Assembly: GCA_035636315.1 (NCBI GenBank)
Contig: DASPZJ010000048.1
Coordinates: 908-64,907, forward strand
Origin: Thermoplasmata archaeon
GTDB taxonomy: Archaea; Thermoplasmatota; Thermoplasmata; RBG-16-68-12
Direction: 5' to 3'
DNA length: 64,000 nucleotides
Shown in pieces: positions 61,076-64,000 of this stretch (its first letter is position 1; every line of letters begins with the position of its first letter). Position numbers and translations under genes: made by a program. The notes beneath the pieces were generated by a model, which did not search any database, was not told where the DNA came from, and saw only the letters and a list, made by a program, of their open reading frames with translations.

Positions 61076-61699
61076 ATGGGATGGCACGGCCTTCTGCGCG
61101 TCGTGGACTTCCAGGCGCTCCTCGTCTCCCAGCCATCGATCGCCGCAGCGCTGGACAAGGCGCAGCGGGCGAGCGGGACCAAGTCACCCCAGGCGAAGGC
61201 GCTCCGTGAGGCGTACCACCTCCTCGCGAAGGTCCTGTGGACTCGTCGCGCCTCGATTCAGCGGGTCCACGACCTGGCGTGGCTGGATCACTCGGTCGTG
61301 TCCGCCTCGGCTCGCCTCGGGCGCGTCTGGCAGGGTGAGGACGGCCTCCGGTCGATCGGGAGCGTCGAGGCCGTCGCGTCGGATGCCGTCTTCCTCGAGC
61401 TCTTCCCATCGAAAGGCTCGGATTGGATCGAGGTCCCGGTCGAGGCATTCGCGGGAATCAGCCCGACGGTGAAGCTCGAGCGAGGAGTCGCCGGGCCGAT
61501 CCGCGTCGGGCTCGTCCCGGAACCACGACTCAAGGCGCTGTACGATGCCGCAGCGACCACGAAGTTCGATGCGCCGCCGTCCGCGGTGACCGTCCTTGGA
61601 GAAATCGAGGCCCTTGCCGCTTCCGCGCGCCGCGCCGGGAGCCCAAGCGCCGCGGTCGTGTTCGCCGCATCGTCATTCGAGGATGTGACCGCCGAATAG
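61076..61699 (+). CDS. hypothetical protein
   Basis: MGWHGLLRVVDFQALLVSQPS..., 207 aa; ORF-track upstream part is a different spurious context. Confidence 0.4.
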   Translation: MGWHGLLRVVDFQALLVSQPSIAAALDKAQRASGTKSPQAKALREAYHLLAKVLWTRRASIQRVHDLAWLDHSVVSASARLGRVWQGEDGLRSIGSVEAVASDAVFLELFPSKGSDWIEVPVEAFAGISPTVKLERGVAGPIRVGLVPEPRLKALYDAAATTKFDAPPSAVTVLGEIEALAASARRAGSPSAAVVFAASSFEDVTAE

Positions 61700-62095
61700 C
61701 CGCGCGTGGTCGCGCATCATGCAGCGGTCTTGGACGACCGTCTTCCCGGCGGCCTGCGCCTTCTTCGCGGCGTCCTCATGGCGAATCCCGAGCTGCATCC
61801 AGATCACCTTCGCGGGGCCGCGGATCGCCTGCTCGACGATCGGCGGGACGTCGACCGATGGTCGGAAGACGTCCACCGCATCGTATGGGATCGGGACCGA
61901 ATCCAGGGAGGGATAGGCTTTCTCCCCGAGGATCACATCCGCGGTCGGGTTCACCGGGATGATTCGGTAGCCGGCCATTTGCATATACTTCGGGACGCGG
62001 TGCGCGTCCTTCGCGGGATCCTTCGAGCATCCCACGACGGCGATCGTCCGGATCGTCGTGAGGATCCGCCGAACCTCCGAATCGTCCACGTCCAA
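61673..62095 (-). CDS. CoA-binding domain protein (YccU/COG1832 family)
   Basis: IAVVGCSKDPAKDAHRVPKYMQMAGYRIIPVNP. Confidence 0.7.
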   Translation of the reverse strand: MDVDDSEVRRILTTIRTIAVVGCSKDPAKDAHRVPKYMQMAGYRIIPVNPTADVILGEKAYPSLDSVPIPYDAVDVFRPSVDVPPIVEQAIRGPAKVIWMQLGIRHEDAAKKAQAAGKTVVQDRCMMRDHARLFGGHILE

Positions 62096-62124
62096 ACCCG
62101 ATGCGGCCTAGCCGCAGGTCTCGC

Positions 62125-62523
62125 TTAAGCTTTCGCGGAGAGCCTGCGAATCGCCTCCTTCAGGCTCGATGCGAGTTCGAGCCGGTCGGCGTCTTCAAAG
62201 GGGAACCATCGGATCTCGGAGTGCTCCTCGTTCGCGATTCGCGGTTCTCCTTCCCAGCGTGTCACGAGGAAGAGGTAGTGGCGGAAGAGGTCCTTCGACG
62301 TCGGGTCGACGTCCTCGTAGATCCCGAGGAATCGCGGACCCGTCACGCGGATCCCGAGCTCCTCCTCGAGCTCGCGGACGAGGGCCATCGCCGGCTCTTC
62401 GCACGGCACGAGATGCCCGCCGAACGCGTCCCACATCCCGGCAAACCGGGTCGTACTCGTCCGCCTCCCGAGGAGTACCCGGTCTCCGTGGACGATCAGG
62501 CCGGTCGAGGTGACGTGGATCAC
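62125..62523 (-). CDS. Nudix hydrolase
   Basis: Nudix box GGHLVPCEEPAMALVRELEEELG. Confidence 0.75.
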   Translation of the reverse strand: MIHVTSTGLIVHGDRVLLGRRTSTTRFAGMWDAFGGHLVPCEEPAMALVRELEEELGIRVTGPRFLGIYEDVDPTSKDLFRHYLFLVTRWEGEPRIANEEHSEIRWFPFEDADRLELASSLKEAIRRLSAKA

Positions 62524-62589
62524 GGAGGCCCCATCGCGCTCCCCTTGATATTTCGTTCTCGCAGGCGAGTTAGACCAGACGGCAGCGGG

Positions 62590-62612
62590 GTTTCGTGATT
62601 GTACACGAAAAC
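62590..62612. promoter_or_regulatory. perfect 8-bp inverted repeat GTTTCGTG-ATTGTA-CACGAAAC between divergent Nudix and RecJ-like genes
   Basis: Read directly. Confidence 0.35.
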
Positions 62613-62687
62613 GCAGAGGTCCTTTGCAACCCTGTGTTCGCAGCCCTCTCCCAAAGATTCATCTCGGCAGCCCACGCTTGACCGGAC

Positions 62688-64000
62688 ATGGAGGCGGTCG
62701 CTCGCGAGATCGCGGAGCGGCTACGCGCCGCGCCGTCGGTGCGGATCGTGACGCACATCGACACGGACGGCATCACCGGCGGAGCGATCGCCTCGGAGTC
62801 CCTTGACCGTGCGGGGATCCACCACGAGGTCGCGTTCGTCAAGACGCTCGACGAGGCCGTCATCGCGGACATCAAGCGACACGGCACGCCGCTCGCGTGG
62901 TTCGTCGACCTCGGCGCGGGAATGCTCCATGCCCTCCAAGGACTCGACGCCGTCGTCACGGATCACCATGTGCCGACCGCCCGCGTGGTGCCGCGCGCGC
63001 TCCGTGGCGATCTGATCCGGTTCGCCGAGTCGCAGGATCGTGTCCTGATGTTGAACCCTCACCTGGAGGGCGAAGGCTCCGATGTCGCGAGCGGCGCCGG
63101 CTGCGCCTATGCGGTCGCGAAGGCCCTCGACCCGAAGAATGCGGATCTCGCCGCGATCGCGATCGTCGGCGCGGTCGGGGACGTCCAGGACCAGGAGTTC
63201 CGCCGACTCTCCGGGTACAACCGCACGATCCTCGAGGACGGCATCGCCGCCGGCGTCGTTGCGGCGGAGATCGACCTTCGGCTCTTCGGACGGGAGACCC
63301 GGCCCGCATACAAGATGTTGCAGTACGCCACCGACCCGTGGATTCCGCGGCTTAGCGGCAACGAGGAGGCGTGCATCGCGTTCCTCCTCGAACTCGGGAT
63401 CGACCTGAAGGTGGAGGAACACTGGCGGAGCTGGTCCGATCTGGACCGCGGGGAGAAGCGCCGAGTCGTCTCGGCCCTTGCGTCCCACATGCTCGAACGC
63501 GGGTGCGGAATCAAGGAGGTCGAGCGCCTCGTCGGAGAGACGTACACCCTCGTCCGGGAGCCGGCCGGAAGCCCGACGCGCGATGCGAAGGAGTTCGGGA
63601 CCCTGATCAACGCGTGCGGTCGGTACGACGAGGCCGACGTCGGATATCGGGTGTGCCGCGGCGACCGGGACGAGGCGCTCGCCCGCGCGCTTCAGCTGCT
63701 TAGGGGCCATCGGGAGTATCTGGTCGAATCAATGGACGCGATCGCGGAGGCGGGGATCAAACAGATGGACGCGATTCAGTACTTCCACGCGGCCGACCGG
63801 ATCCGGGACACCGTCGTCGGCATCGCCGCGAGCCTCGCCCTGAACCAGGAGGGCGCGACGAAGGATTTGCCCATCATCGCGTTCGCGAAGGCCGATGACG
63901 GGATCAAGGTGAGCGCGCGGACGACCCGCGACCTCGTCGCTCGGGGGCTCGACCTCGCGGCCGTCATGCAGGAAGCGAGCCGCGCCGTCGGGGGACACGG
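62688..64000 (+). CDS. DHH-family phosphoesterase, archaeal RecJ/Cdc45-like (3' end beyond window)
   Basis: Motifs HIDTDGITGGAIA, FVDLG, VVTDHH; runs off window end so absent from ORF track. Confidence 0.7.
   Translation, partial: MEAVAREIAERLRAAPSVRIVTHIDTDGITGGAIASESLDRAGIHHEVAFVKTLDEAVIADIKRHGTPLAWFVDLGAGMLHALQGLDAVVTDHHVPTARVVPRALRGDLIRFAESQDRVLMLNPHLEGEGSDVASGAGCAYAVAKALDPKNADLAAIAIVGAVGDVQDQEFRRLSGYNRTILEDGIAAGVVAAEIDLRLFGRETRPAYKMLQYATDPWIPRLSGNEEACIAFLLELGIDLKVEEHWRSWSDLDRGEKRRVVSALASHMLERGCGIKEVERLVGETYTLVREPAGSPTRDAKEFGTLINACGRYDEADVGYRVCRGDRDEALARALQLLRGHREYLVESMDAIAEAGIKQMDAIQYFHAADRIRDTVVGIAASLALNQEGATKDLPIIAFAKADDGIKVSARTTRDLVARGLDLAAVMQEASRAVGGH

Overview
This is a 64 kb window of high-GC (~65%) archaeal chromosome; lineage is uncertain but it looks euryarchaeal or Thermoplasmatota-like. 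The core genes are a Liv branched-chain amino-acid ABC importer, an HMG-CoA reductase, RFC large subunit, Taw1, a NOG1 GTPase, PdxS, and UPF0200/UPF0201 exosome-neighbourhood proteins. An AcnX-type phosphomevalonate dehydratase pair is present, with its small subunit fused to a Nudix domain. The isoleucyl-tRNA synthetase ORF reads through in frame into an HhH / multi-zinc-ribbon / DUF835-like module. A large secreted beta-helix protein carrying cupredoxin domains sits next to tRNA-His. Also present are OTCase and a NitT/TauT-type ABC importer. The archaeal S10/spc ribosomal superoperon on the minus strand runs from L3 to SecY and includes SUI1 and the RNase P p29 subunit. Downstream of it are three tandem Rab-like small GTPases, LonB, NadM, a hydantoinase (hyuAB) locus flanked by TctA/TctB-like transporters, TrpB2, and a RecJ-like DHH phosphoesterase. 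Between HMGR and RFC-L there is an accessory islet with a large serine recombinase interrupted by an in-frame TAA, plus a small RHH protein. Most of the long GC-rich overlapping ORFs in the track are judged spurious. All calls come from reading the translations and sequence by eye; no database searches were run.
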